From the NCBI GenBank assembly GCA_047602425.1, contig JASGHG010000001.1, forward strand, positions 512,001-576,000: DNA of 64,000 bases, in the 5' to 3' direction. Positions 41,101-49,077 of this stretch are shown here, piece by piece. How positions within the stretch are numbered: the first letter of the stretch is position 1; every line of letters starts with the position of its first letter. Under the pieces are notes generated by a model. That model had not been told where the DNA came from and made no database searches. It saw only the letters and a program-made list of their open reading frames with translations. This stretch comes from Nibricoccus sp. (GTDB lineage Bacteria; Verrucomicrobiota; Verrucomicrobiia; Opitutales; Opitutaceae). The position numbers and the translations under genes are program-made.

Positions 41101-41215
41101 AGAAGAGTTCACGTTCCCAAGGGCAGAAGGTTCCGCAAGGCATGCGTTGCCGTCGGTTGGTGTTGTTTGATGGTTTTGCCCGCCACTTCTTCGGCACTTC
41201 TTTTAAATACGCGTT

Positions 41216-41253
41216 TTCATCTGCATTTCATGCAGACTTCATCATCGCTTCAC
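41216..41253 (+). promoter_or_regulatory. Four 11-bp-spaced TTCAY direct repeats (CreB/BlrA-tag-like)
   Basis: TTCAT-N6-TTCAT-N6-TTCAT-N6-TTCAC ending about 25 bp before ATG 41278. Confidence 0.65.
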
Positions 41254-41277
41254 GTGACGCGCTCATGATGAAGAGCG

Positions 41278-43314
41278 ATGAAACGCTTTTTTCTTTGCCT
41301 TCTCTTCACTTCGGTTGCCTTCACGGCTTGCGCGGCACGCACGGCGGAAGGAGCCGATAAATCGCTTTCGCCCTATTTTTGGGTGAAGCCGTCCAGCGTC
41401 GCAGGCTCGGATTCGCCGGGCGTTGCCGACGTGTTACCGCTTAAATCCACTTCGGTGGAGGCAAGCGTCGCTGGTGTGATCGCGGATGTGCGGGTTACAC
41501 AGGTTTACACCAATTCCGGCAATGTGCCGCTCGAAGCGGTGTACATATTTCCTGGTTCGACTCGGGCGGCGGTCCACGGATTGACGATGATGGTCGGCGA
41601 GCGACGGCTCGAAGCTAAGATTAAAAAGCGCGAGGAGGCGCGGCGCACTTACGAAGCAGCCAAGGCCGAGGGCAAGACCACGTCGTTGCTCGAACAGCAA
41701 CGTCCGAATGTTTTTCAGATGAACGTCGCCAATATTCTTCCGGGCGACGAGGTCCGGGTGGAATTGCGCTACACCGAACTGCTCGTGCCGACCGATGGAG
41801 TTTATGAATTTGTTTATCCCGGCGTGGTTGGGCCGCGTTACTCGAACAAGCCGGCCTCTGGCGCCGCACCGGAAGACAAGTGGGTCGCAAATCCGTATCT
41901 GCGCAAAGGGGAAATCGACTCCGCACGCTATCAGCTCACCGTGCAGATCGCGGCCGGCCTGCCGCTTCAAGAGGTAAACTGCCGCACGCACCCAACCAAG
42001 ATCACCTACACCAACGAGCGCGAAGCTCGCATCGCCACGGATCCTGAAGACATGTCTGCTTCAAACCGCGATTTTATTTGCAGTTATCGTCTGGCCGGCG
42101 GTGCGATTCAGTCAGGTGTTCTTATGGCCGAGGGAAAAGATGAAAATTTCTTCCTTCTGATGGTGCAGCCGCCGGCGCGTCCCCTGCCCTCGCAGATTCC
42201 GCCACGCGATTTCATTTTCATCGTCGATGTGTCAGGCTCGATGCACGGGTTCCCGTTGAACATTTCGAAAAAGCTCGTGCGTGATCTGCTCACTGCATTG
42301 CGTCCGACTGATACGTTCAATGTTCTACTTTTCGCGGGTGACAGCCAGGTACTCGCCCCCGCGTCGCTTCCTGCCACCACCGAAAACATCAGCGCAGCCA
42401 TCGATCTGCTCGACCAGCAGAAAGGCGGAGGCGGCACCGAGTTGCTCCCCGCACTCAAAAAAGCCTTCGCGCTGCCGCAGGATGAAAACGTTTCGCGTAC
42501 CGTAGCGGTCATCACCGACGGCTATGTCGACATCGAGGCGGAGGCTTTCGAGCTCGTCCGCACCAATCTTGGGCGGGCCAACGTGTTCGCCTTTGGCATC
42601 GGCTCGTCGGTCAATCGCCATTTGATCGAAGGATTGGCCCGCGTCGGACAAGGCGAGCCATTTATCGTCACCGAGCCCGACAAGGCGCCAGTCATGGCAG
42701 CGAAATTTCGCGACTACATTTCCACGCCCGTGCTGACGCGCGTGGCGATCGATTTCGGCGGGCTGGAAACCTATGATGTCGAGCCGACTGCCATTCCGAA
42801 CGTGCTCGCGCAGCGGCCGGTGATTGTGTTCGGCAAATGGCGTGGAATGAAAACCGGCGCGATCACTGTGCGTGGGCGTTCGGGAGATCAGGCTTTCGCG
42901 GCGACCCACGATTTGGCCCAAGCCACTGTGCTTCCCTCGGCGGATGGGCTCGCCCACCTCTGGGCGCGCACCCGGATCGCCCAGCTTGGCGATCTGGTGA
43001 ACTTGCGGTCATCTGATGAACGTGTCGCACAAATCACCAACCTCGGACTCACCTACAATTTGCTTACCAAATATACGTCGTTTGTGGCGGTCGACGAAGT
43101 CGTGCGTCGGACCACGACGGATCTTAAGACCGTAAAACAACCGTTGCCGCTGCCGCAGGGCGTCGAGAATACGGCCGTCGGTGAAGACGTGCCAACCTCT
43201 CCTGAACCATCGACCATCGGCATGTTGGGAATTGGGGGAGCGTTCGTACTGATGAAACTGCTGCGGAGAAGGAAAAAGTACGGCGTGAAAAATGTTTGTT
43301 TTAACAGGAGGTAA
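41278..43314 (+). CDS. VIT + von Willebrand A domain protein with C-terminal PEP-CTERM-like sorting signal
   Basis: Signal peptide; VIT (LEAVYIFP, F.MNVANI.PG); MIDAS DVSGSM, GGGTEL, ITDG; tail VPTSPEPSTIGMLGIGGAFVLMKLLRRRKK. Confidence 0.92.
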   Translation: MKRFFLCLLFTSVAFTACAARTAEGADKSLSPYFWVKPSSVAGSDSPGVADVLPLKSTSVEASVAGVIADVRVTQVYTNSGNVPLEAVYIFPGSTRAAVHGLTMMVGERRLEAKIKKREEARRTYEAAKAEGKTTSLLEQQRPNVFQMNVANILPGDEVRVELRYTELLVPTDGVYEFVYPGVVGPRYSNKPASGAAPEDKWVANPYLRKGEIDSARYQLTVQIAAGLPLQEVNCRTHPTKITYTNEREARIATDPEDMSASNRDFICSYRLAGGAIQSGVLMAEGKDENFFLLMVQPPARPLPSQIPPRDFIFIVDVSGSMHGFPLNISKKLVRDLLTALRPTDTFNVLLFAGDSQVLAPASLPATTENISAAIDLLDQQKGGGGTELLPALKKAFALPQDENVSRTVAVITDGYVDIEAEAFELVRTNLGRANVFAFGIGSSVNRHLIEGLARVGQGEPFIVTEPDKAPVMAAKFRDYISTPVLTRVAIDFGGLETYDVEPTAIPNVLAQRPVIVFGKWRGMKTGAITVRGRSGDQAFAATHDLAQATVLPSADGLAHLWARTRIAQLGDLVNLRSSDERVAQITNLGLTYNLLTKYTSFVAVDEVVRRTTTDLKTVKQPLPLPQGVENTAVGEDVPTSPEPSTIGMLGIGGAFVLMKLLRRRKKYGVKNVCFNRR

Positions 43315-43370
43315 CAGAGGAAAAGGAGATAGAATTTCTTAACCACTTATGTTCACTGAAAGGCACTGAT
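43299..43370 (+). repeat. Adjacent 9-bp and 10-bp periodic repeat arms
   Basis: TTTTAACAGGAG GTAACAGAG GAAAAGGAG, then TTAAC CACTTAT gtt CACTGAA agg CACTGAT. Confidence 0.65.
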
Positions 43371-43429
43371 TCGGCATCTTAAAGACGGAGAGCGCAGCGT
43401 GGGGCGGGCGCTCAACACGCAACGCTATC

Positions 43430-43454
43430 AACCCGCACGGAGTGCGGGTTCTAC
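43430..43454 (-). repeat. GTAG-type REP element
   Basis: Minus strand GTAG AACCCGCAC TCC GTGCGGGTT. Confidence 0.75.
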
Positions 43455-43462
43455 CTCGAACG

Positions 43463-44347
43463 ATGAAACAAACTACAAGCAGCAGTTCCCTGAACAGCCT
43501 CTCATCGATGGTTGCGGACGCCTCGGAGAGGCGTCCCTACCGACGAACCTTGTTCAGCTGCCGCCTCGCGTTCGTGCTTGCGCTCTGCCTCGCCTGCTGG
43601 CCGGTGGCGCGGTGGTATGTGGCGCGCGTCAGCGATGGCTCGGATGAGCCGTGGGGGTTGGCCGCGTTGGTAGCAGCTTTGCTTTTCGCGCCGCGCGAGG
43701 GGTGGAATGAACCACTCGGTAGAGGTCGTCTGTGGATGCTGTGCGGGCTTCTGACGATTTATGTGGTTAACTTCCATTGGCTGCCGCCACTGGGGCATGC
43801 GCTTTTGTTTGTCACCGCGCTCGCCGTTGCGGTGAGCCGGCGTGGATTTCCGCTGGCTTGGTGGGGATTGTTGGTTTTGTCGCTACCGTTGATTGCAACG
43901 CTGCAGTTTTATCTGGGTTATCCACTGCGGCTCGCGACGACCGCGTTATGCGTGCCGCTTCTGCGACTGGGTGGTTTGTACGTCACAGCCGATGCCACCG
44001 CGCTGCGCTGGGCGGGCGAGATGGTTGTTGTCGATGCGCCATGCAGCGGAATTCATATGCTGTGGACCGGTCTGTTTCTCGCCGCGGCACTCGCGTGTTG
44101 GCAAAAACTCGACGGGCGTGGAACGCTGCGGCTGTTGCGTTGGGCAAGCGGGGCGGTCTTCGTCGCAAATGTACTACGCGCAACGGCGTTGTTTTGCATC
44201 GAGGCGAGGATCTGGCCGTCGCCGGCTTGGGCGCACGAGGGCGTGGGACTGGTGCTGTTCGGAGCGGCGTCGGGAATTATTTATTTCGCGAGTCAAAGCG
44301 GCGCGCCCGGCGGTCGCGCCCTACCTTCAAGGCAGACCGCCATATGA
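43463..44347 (+). CDS. Exosortase/archaeosortase family protein (XrtQ-like, VIT-associated)
   Basis: Multi-TM; catalytic Cys DAPCSG, Arg NVLR, His AHEGVG; DGSDEPWG motif; start uncertain (43463 or 43508). Confidence 0.88.
   Translation: MKQTTSSSSLNSLSSMVADASERRPYRRTLFSCRLAFVLALCLACWPVARWYVARVSDGSDEPWGLAALVAALLFAPREGWNEPLGRGRLWMLCGLLTIYVVNFHWLPPLGHALLFVTALAVAVSRRGFPLAWWGLLVLSLPLIATLQFYLGYPLRLATTALCVPLLRLGGLYVTADATALRWAGEMVVVDAPCSGIHMLWTGLFLAAALACWQKLDGRGTLRLLRWASGAVFVANVLRATALFCIEARIWPSPAWAHEGVGLVLFGAASGIIYFASQSGAPGGRALPSRQTAI
43516..43540 (-). repeat. GTAG-type REP element inside the exosortase 5' end
   Basis: Minus strand GTAG GGACGCCTC TCC GAGGCGTCC. Confidence 0.75.
44300..44324 (-). repeat. 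GTAG-type REP element inside the exosortase 3' end
   Basis: Plus strand GGCGCG CCCGGCGGT CGCGCC CTAC. Confidence 0.65.
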
Positions 44348-44892
44348 AAATCTCTCTGCTCTTTTTGAGCCTCTGTGTAGTCGCTGCATGGATACCGGCT
44401 TGGTCGCGATCGTCATATGAGGATGGAGCGTCAGCGGAAGCGTTTCCGGGTTGGAATGCCGCACCCGTCCCAAGCGACATGACGCCTTTGACGCCGGGGG
44501 AACGCGAGGCGCGTTTCGCGGCGGGCTTTCCAGGAAAAATCGGCGTGTTCACCGATGGCGAGCGGACGTACGTCCTTCGCTGGGTGTGCTCGCCAACACG
44601 GAAACTTCATCCCGCCGCCGATTGTTTGCGTGCGCTCGGTTACGGCGTAAAGCCGACGCCGATCTTCGCCGAGGCCAATGGAGCACGTTGGGGTACGTCG
44701 CGCGCGCAACGCGGCCAGGAAGAGCTGCGCGTGCGCGAGCGGATCGTCGACTCAGCGGGGAATGCGTGGACCGACGTGTCGGCGTGGTACTGGTCCGCAA
44801 CGCTGGGCCGCAGCGCGGGACCGTGGTGGGCCGTCACGATTTTCGAGCGGCCAAACCATGGCCGTAAAAACGAACCATTTTACAGAAGTTAA
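44344..44892 (+). CDS. Exosortase-associated EpsI-like periplasmic protein
   Basis: ATGA overlap with exosortase; N-terminal hydrophobic segment; TRKLHPAADCLRALGY fits an EpsI-type HxxxxCxxxxG motif. Confidence 0.7.
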   Translation: MKISLLFLSLCVVAAWIPAWSRSSYEDGASAEAFPGWNAAPVPSDMTPLTPGEREARFAAGFPGKIGVFTDGERTYVLRWVCSPTRKLHPAADCLRALGYGVKPTPIFAEANGARWGTSRAQRGQEELRVRERIVDSAGNAWTDVSAWYWSATLGRSAGPWWAVTIFERPNHGRKNEPFYRS

Positions 44893-45004
44893 CGAAGGAA
44901 ACAAAGAGTCTCACCTCGTGCCTTGTCTGGGCTCCATGCGTGGACCTGAAAAAACGAGCCGGACATACCAACATTGCTTCATTCCCTTCGTTCTCTTCTG
45001 TTAA
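44878..45004. repeat. ~125-bp inverted-pair element with 9-bp periodic arms
   Basis: Left TTTTACAGAAG TTAACGAAG GAAACAAAG; right CTTCATTCC CTTCGTTCT CTTCTGTTAA. Confidence 0.75.
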
Positions 45005-45086
45005 CCAGCTCGAAAATCCACCGGTCTTACCAATGGTGATTTAGCAGAAAATCAAGGTGGAGCGCGTTGACCTGACTTGCACCCCA

Positions 45087-45254
45087 CCCAAGGCTGTCCT
45101 GTCGCAGCCCAAGCCTCTGCTGCAAATGTCCGGGATACCCCTGCGCACACCCATGGTACAATTGTCGCGACCCATGGTACGCTTCTTCAAGCCCAAGGGT
45201 CGTTTGATCGGACCCATGGTCGCTCTGTGCGAACCCATGATCCAGTTGCAACCG
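45087..45254. repeat. 8 x 21-bp degenerate tandem array (CCCAWGG-N5-YTG-N6)
   Basis: Cores at 45087, 45108, 45129, 45150, 45171, 45192, 45213, 45234. Confidence 0.8.
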
Positions 45255-45368
45255 ATAAGGAGTTCCCGGATGCAACGTAATTCAACATGACAAAACTGGC
45301 GCGCTGCGAAGGTTGACGTCACACAATTGTTGCGGGCCAAGTGGGATCTGCGTTCTTTCCGTTTCTGC

Positions 45369-46109
45369 TTACTCTCGATCCTCGCGCAGCAGATGTCCGA
45401 GGATGCGTTCCCGACTGTTCAAGAAATCGCGAGTGACCCGAAAATGATCGGTCTGCTCATATTCCACTCGTTCCATGCCGTTCGGACCCACTTCATAAAT
45501 CGTCGCATCGGGGAATCCCATGAGGATTGGAGAATGAGTGGCCATGATCACCTGTGATTTTTCGGCGAGAAGTCGCTGCAAAATCACCAAGACGCTCAAC
45601 TGCCGCTTCGGCGACAAGGCCGCCTCGGGTTCATCGAAAATATAGAGCCCGTTTCCTCGGAGGCGGTTTTGCAGCAAGGCAAGGAATGCTTCGCCGTGCG
45701 ATTGTTCATGCAGGGATTTTCCACCGTAACTAGCGTGATGAGCCAAATCGAGACGCTCCACCTCCGTGGCCATGCCATAGAAACTTTCAGCGCGGAGAAA
45801 AAAACCGTCCGTCGGCCGACGCACACCTTTTTCCAAGACCAGACATTCGTTCAACGACGAATGGGTTTCTTTGGTGCGAAATCGGAAATTCTTGCTGCCG
45901 CCCTCAGCGTTAAAACCCCACTTCACCGCAATCGCTTCGATCAACGTCGATTTCCCGACACCATTTTCTCCGATGATCGTGGTGAGGCCCGGAGCAAATT
46001 CGAGTCTTTCGAGGTGACGAACCGCGGGAACGCAGAATGGATACGTCTCAGGCGACGCTACCTTTCTTCGATCAAGTCGGATAGCGCGCAAAAAGCCGTG
46101 ATCCTTCAT
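45369..46109 (-). CDS. AAA/ABC-type ATPase (COG3910-like)
   Basis: GENGVGKST, GFNAEGGS, FFLRAESF, QSHGE, FDEPEAALSP, ATHSPIL. Confidence 0.9.
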   Translation of the reverse strand: MKDHGFLRAIRLDRRKVASPETYPFCVPAVRHLERLEFAPGLTTIIGENGVGKSTLIEAIAVKWGFNAEGGSKNFRFRTKETHSSLNECLVLEKGVRRPTDGFFLRAESFYGMATEVERLDLAHHASYGGKSLHEQSHGEAFLALLQNRLRGNGLYIFDEPEAALSPKRQLSVLVILQRLLAEKSQVIMATHSPILMGFPDATIYEVGPNGMERVEYEQTDHFRVTRDFLNSRERILGHLLREDRE

Positions 46110-46119
46110 GGCGCAGATC

Positions 46120-46542
46120 TTATTCGCCGATCACCGTCACGATCAAGGTGCGGGTGTGCGGGCGCGTGCGGTGTTCCCAGAGATACAATCCCTGCCACGT
46201 GCCAAGGAGCATTCGGCCTTCGGCGAAGGGGATGGTTTCGCTCGTTCGCGTTAAAGCCATCTTGATATGACTGGGCATATCGTCGGGGCCTTCGAGTGTG
46301 TGTTCGAAATGCGGGTCGTTTTCCGGAACTAGTCGCTCAAACCAATGCTCCAGATCATGCCGCGCGGTCGGATCGGCGTTTTCCATGATCACCAGGCTCG
46401 CGCTCGTGTGCTGGCAGAAAATCGTCACCGTGCCGCGCTTGAGTCCGCTGCGTGAAAGTTCGCTAGCAACGGTGTCAGTGACGTCGTGCAGACCCTTGCC
46501 GCGCGTGTGGACAGTGAAAGCGGCTTGGTGAACAGAAGACAT
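46120..46542 (-). CDS. yjbQ: Secondary thiamine-phosphate synthase family protein YjbQ (UPF0047)
   Basis: HTSASL..ENADP, H..EGPDDMPSHIK, LGTWQG.YLWEHR. Confidence 0.93.
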   Translation of the reverse strand: MSSVHQAAFTVHTRGKGLHDVTDTVASELSRSGLKRGTVTIFCQHTSASLVIMENADPTARHDLEHWFERLVPENDPHFEHTLEGPDDMPSHIKMALTRTSETIPFAEGRMLLGTWQGLYLWEHRTRPHTRTLIVTVIGE

Positions 46543-46567
46543 GGGGAAGACGGAATTAAACGATCCG

Positions 46568-46691
46568 TTTTACAGAAGGCAACTAGGGGAACGAAGCGTC
46601 ACCGGAGAAAAGGCATCGCTCCTGCATGGCTTGGAAACTCGACGGGGAAAAACTACCGGCTCTTCGTTTCCTTCGTTATCTTCTGTTTAAA
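46568..46691. repeat. ~125-bp inverted-pair element with 9-bp periodic arms
   Basis: Left TTTTACAGAAG GCAACTAGG GGAACGAAG; right CTTCGTTTC CTTCGTTAT CTTCTGTTTAAA. Confidence 0.75.
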
Positions 46692-46714
46692 GAGATCGGA
46701 AAACAAAAACCTTC

Positions 46715-46840
46715 TTACAGGAGAAAACCGAGGGAACGAAGAAGGAAGATCGGGGTCGCCGTTTTTTCGCTCTCCCACGTTGATGAGCAACTGCAATGGC
46801 TGTCCGCTCCTCCTTCGTTGCCTCTATCTCCTCCTGTAAA
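46715..46840. repeat. ~125-bp inverted-pair element with 9-bp periodic arms
   Basis: Left TTACAGGAG AAAACCGAG GGAACGAAG; right CTTCGTTGC CTCTATCTC CTCCTGTAAA. Confidence 0.7.
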
Positions 46841-46852
46841 TAAATAGTCCAC

Positions 46853-47782
46853 CTAGCCTTCCAGGCCGAAGACCGCTTTGACGTAATTGTCGATGGAGAA
46901 GGGTTGCAAATCCTCGGGCTGTTCGCCGAGGCCGAGGAAATAGATCGGGAGTTTCAACTGGCGGTAGATGCCGACGAGGGCGCCGCCGCGGCTGGTGCCG
47001 TCGAGCTTGGTCACGACCAAGCCGGTAAGGCCAAAACTGGCGTGAAACGCCTTCGCCTGGTCGATCGAGTTGGAGCCAATGCTGCCGTCGACCACGAGCC
47101 AGCGGTGATGCGGCGCGGTTGCGTCGTTTTTCTGAAGCACACGGCGGATTTTTGCGAGTTCCTCCATGAGGTTGCTCTTCGTGTGAAGACGTCCGGCGGT
47201 GTCGACGATGAGGTAGTCGCGTTTGCGGGAGTTGGCGGTCTGCCAGGCGTCGAAGGCCACGGCAGCGGAGTCGGCGCCGGTGTGGCTGGCGACGATTTCA
47301 ATATCAAGGCGCGTGGCCCAGGTCTTGAGTTGCTCCACGGCGGCGGCGCGGAAGGTGTCGCAAGCGGCCAGCGTGGTGGTCTTGCCGTCTTCCTTCAGTT
47401 TCCAGGCGAGCTTGGCGGAGGTGGTGGTCTTGCCGGAACCGTTGACGCCGATCATGGCGATGACGGTGGGTTTGCCGGGTTCGGCCTTGATGGCGTCGAA
47501 CGAACCTTCGGCTCCCGCCAAGACACGCTTGAGTACAGCGGCGCCGATGGCGGCGGCGTCCTGGCCGCGGAGGGATTTATCCTTTTTGTAGGCGGTTTTG
47601 ATTTCCTCGAGAATTTCCTCGGTCGTCTCGACGCCGAAGTCGGCGGTGTAGAGCGCTTCTTCAAGCGTGTCGAGGGACGATGCGTCGATCGGTTTCTGGC
47701 CAAAGATCGCGGCGGTCTTCGCGGCGATGGCGGAGACGGTTTTGGCGAGGCCGTCTTTGAATTTTTTAAAGAGACCGAACAT
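46853..47782 (-). CDS. ftsY: Signal recognition particle receptor FtsY
   Basis: GVNGSGKTT, DTFRAAA.EQL, DTAGRL, TKLDGTSRGG. Confidence 0.97.
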   Translation of the reverse strand: MFGLFKKFKDGLAKTVSAIAAKTAAIFGQKPIDASSLDTLEEALYTADFGVETTEEILEEIKTAYKKDKSLRGQDAAAIGAAVLKRVLAGAEGSFDAIKAEPGKPTVIAMIGVNGSGKTTTSAKLAWKLKEDGKTTTLAACDTFRAAAVEQLKTWATRLDIEIVASHTGADSAAVAFDAWQTANSRKRDYLIVDTAGRLHTKSNLMEELAKIRRVLQKNDATAPHHRWLVVDGSIGSNSIDQAKAFHASFGLTGLVVTKLDGTSRGGALVGIYRQLKLPIYFLGLGEQPEDLQPFSIDNYVKAVFGLEG

Positions 47783-47790
47783 AGGCGTGA

Positions 47791-47889
47791 TTTTTTAACC
47801 GCGAATGAGCGCGAATTGACGCGAATAAGAAAAACTCAAAGAGGAAAACAGGCGCACGCAAACTGGCTTCGTTCACGTTGATTTGCGGG
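47791..47889. repeat. Inverted-pair element with 10-bp periodic arms
   Basis: Left TTTTTTAAC CGCGAAT gag CGCGAAT tga CGCGAAT; degenerate right arm GTTCACG ttg ATTTGCGG at 47871-47888. Confidence 0.65.
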
Positions 47890-47918
47890 CATGACACTTC
47901 GCTCGAAACGCGGTTATT

Positions 47919-48371
47919 TTACTCGGCGACCTTGCGCGCGTCGCGGCCGAGTTGGTCTTTCAGGCGGTCGAGGATGCCGTTGATGAAGCGCTTCGCGTCG
48001 GCGTTGGAGAATTGTTTGCTCAGATCGATCGCTTCGTTGATCGAGACGACGGGCGGGACGTCTTTGCGATAAAGCATTTCGTACATTGCGAGGCGGAGGA
48101 TCGCGAGGTCGATCTTGGCGATGCGATCGAACTCCCAGTTGTGCGCGAGGCCTTTGATGCGAGCATCGAGATCGGCGACGTTTTGAATCACGCCTTGGAT
48201 GATTTCTTCGCCGTAAGAATAAGTTTCGCGCGGTTTTTCCTGAGCCTCGAAAAAGGCCTGGAGATCGTTCGCGAGATTGGTCGGAGCGTTGAGGCTCCAG
48301 GCGAAAAGATATTGAAGCGCGGCGACTCGGCCGGCCCGGCGTTGGGCGAATTGCGGTTTGCTGCTGCTCAT
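47919..48371 (-). CDS. nusB: Transcription antitermination factor NusB
   Basis: RRAGR..ALQ.L, W..DRI..ID.AILR, V.INEAI.L.K.F, FINGILD. Confidence 0.95.
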   Translation of the reverse strand: MSSSKPQFAQRRAGRVAALQYLFAWSLNAPTNLANDLQAFFEAQEKPRETYSYGEEIIQGVIQNVADLDARIKGLAHNWEFDRIAKIDLAILRLAMYEMLYRKDVPPVVSINEAIDLSKQFSNADAKRFINGILDRLKDQLGRDARKVAE

Positions 48372-48841
48372 TTTGAAAAACGTTTCCTCAATTCGGCCAT
48401 TTCGAGGGCCGCACGCGCGAACTCGGCGCCGCGGTTGATTTTTCCGAGGCAACGATCCTCGGCTTGTTTCAGGTTTTCGGCAACCACCACGCCGTTAATC
48501 ACCGCAATGCGGCTGTCGAGGGCAACGCGCATGAGACCATCGCCGGAGGCTTCGGCGACGAGTTCGTAGTGTTTCGTATCGCCACGAATAATCACGCCAA
48601 GGGCAACGATCACGTCGGGCTTGGTCGCGGAAGCGAGCCACTGGGCGGCGCTGGGAAGTTCGTTCGAGCCGGGCACACGGTAGACGCGGATTTTTTTCTC
48701 GGGCACGCCCGCTGAACGCAGTTGTTCGAACACTTGGTGCAACAACGCGTCGACCAGCGTCGGGTTGTAACGCGCCGCCACGATGCCGACCGAAAGGCGG
48801 GCACCGTCAACAGTCACTTCATGTGGAGCATCGAGACTCAT
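48368..48841 (-). CDS. ribH: 6,7-dimethyl-8-ribityllumazine synthase
   Basis: IVAARYN, VPGSNELP, LGVIIRGDTKHY; 4-bp overlap with nusB. Confidence 0.95.
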   Translation of the reverse strand: MSLDAPHEVTVDGARLSVGIVAARYNPTLVDALLHQVFEQLRSAGVPEKKIRVYRVPGSNELPSAAQWLASATKPDVIVALGVIIRGDTKHYELVAEASGDGLMRVALDSRIAVINGVVVAENLKQAEDRCLGKINRGAEFARAALEMAELRKRFSK

Positions 48842-49077
48842 GCGAGGAACTGTTCTGTCTGCGCGCCGACCGTGCAAGGAGCAAACTCTTTTCTGAAGCC
48901 AGGAAAAAACCTCTTCCAAGCCCTCGCACACTATGCCGCGTAACGCAGCCGGACAGGGAGAAGCCCGTCGAAATATTTTCTTGCACTCGTGTCCGAATTT
49001 CTTCCGTTATGACCTCGCTGGTGCGCTCACACCCACAACACGAGCCTCAGCAAATACCCCAACAACCAACCCCAGCC

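Noticed and set aside
40860..41125. Second 21-bp array in the tail of the 40570 gene (scattered CCCAWG)
   Set aside because: Spacing between occurrences is irregular.
45087..45254. CRISPR array
   Set aside because: Period is only 21 bp with a 7-bp degenerate core, and no cas genes are in the window; kept as an unexplained array instead.
45369..46109. Anti-phage defence ATPase system
   Set aside because: No adjacent nuclease or effector; the only co-oriented neighbour is yjbQ.
44878..47889. Canonical integron with attC cassettes
   Set aside because: No intI gene, the ends only loosely fit RYYYAAC/GTTRRRY, and one element lies between core genes; used only as an analogy.
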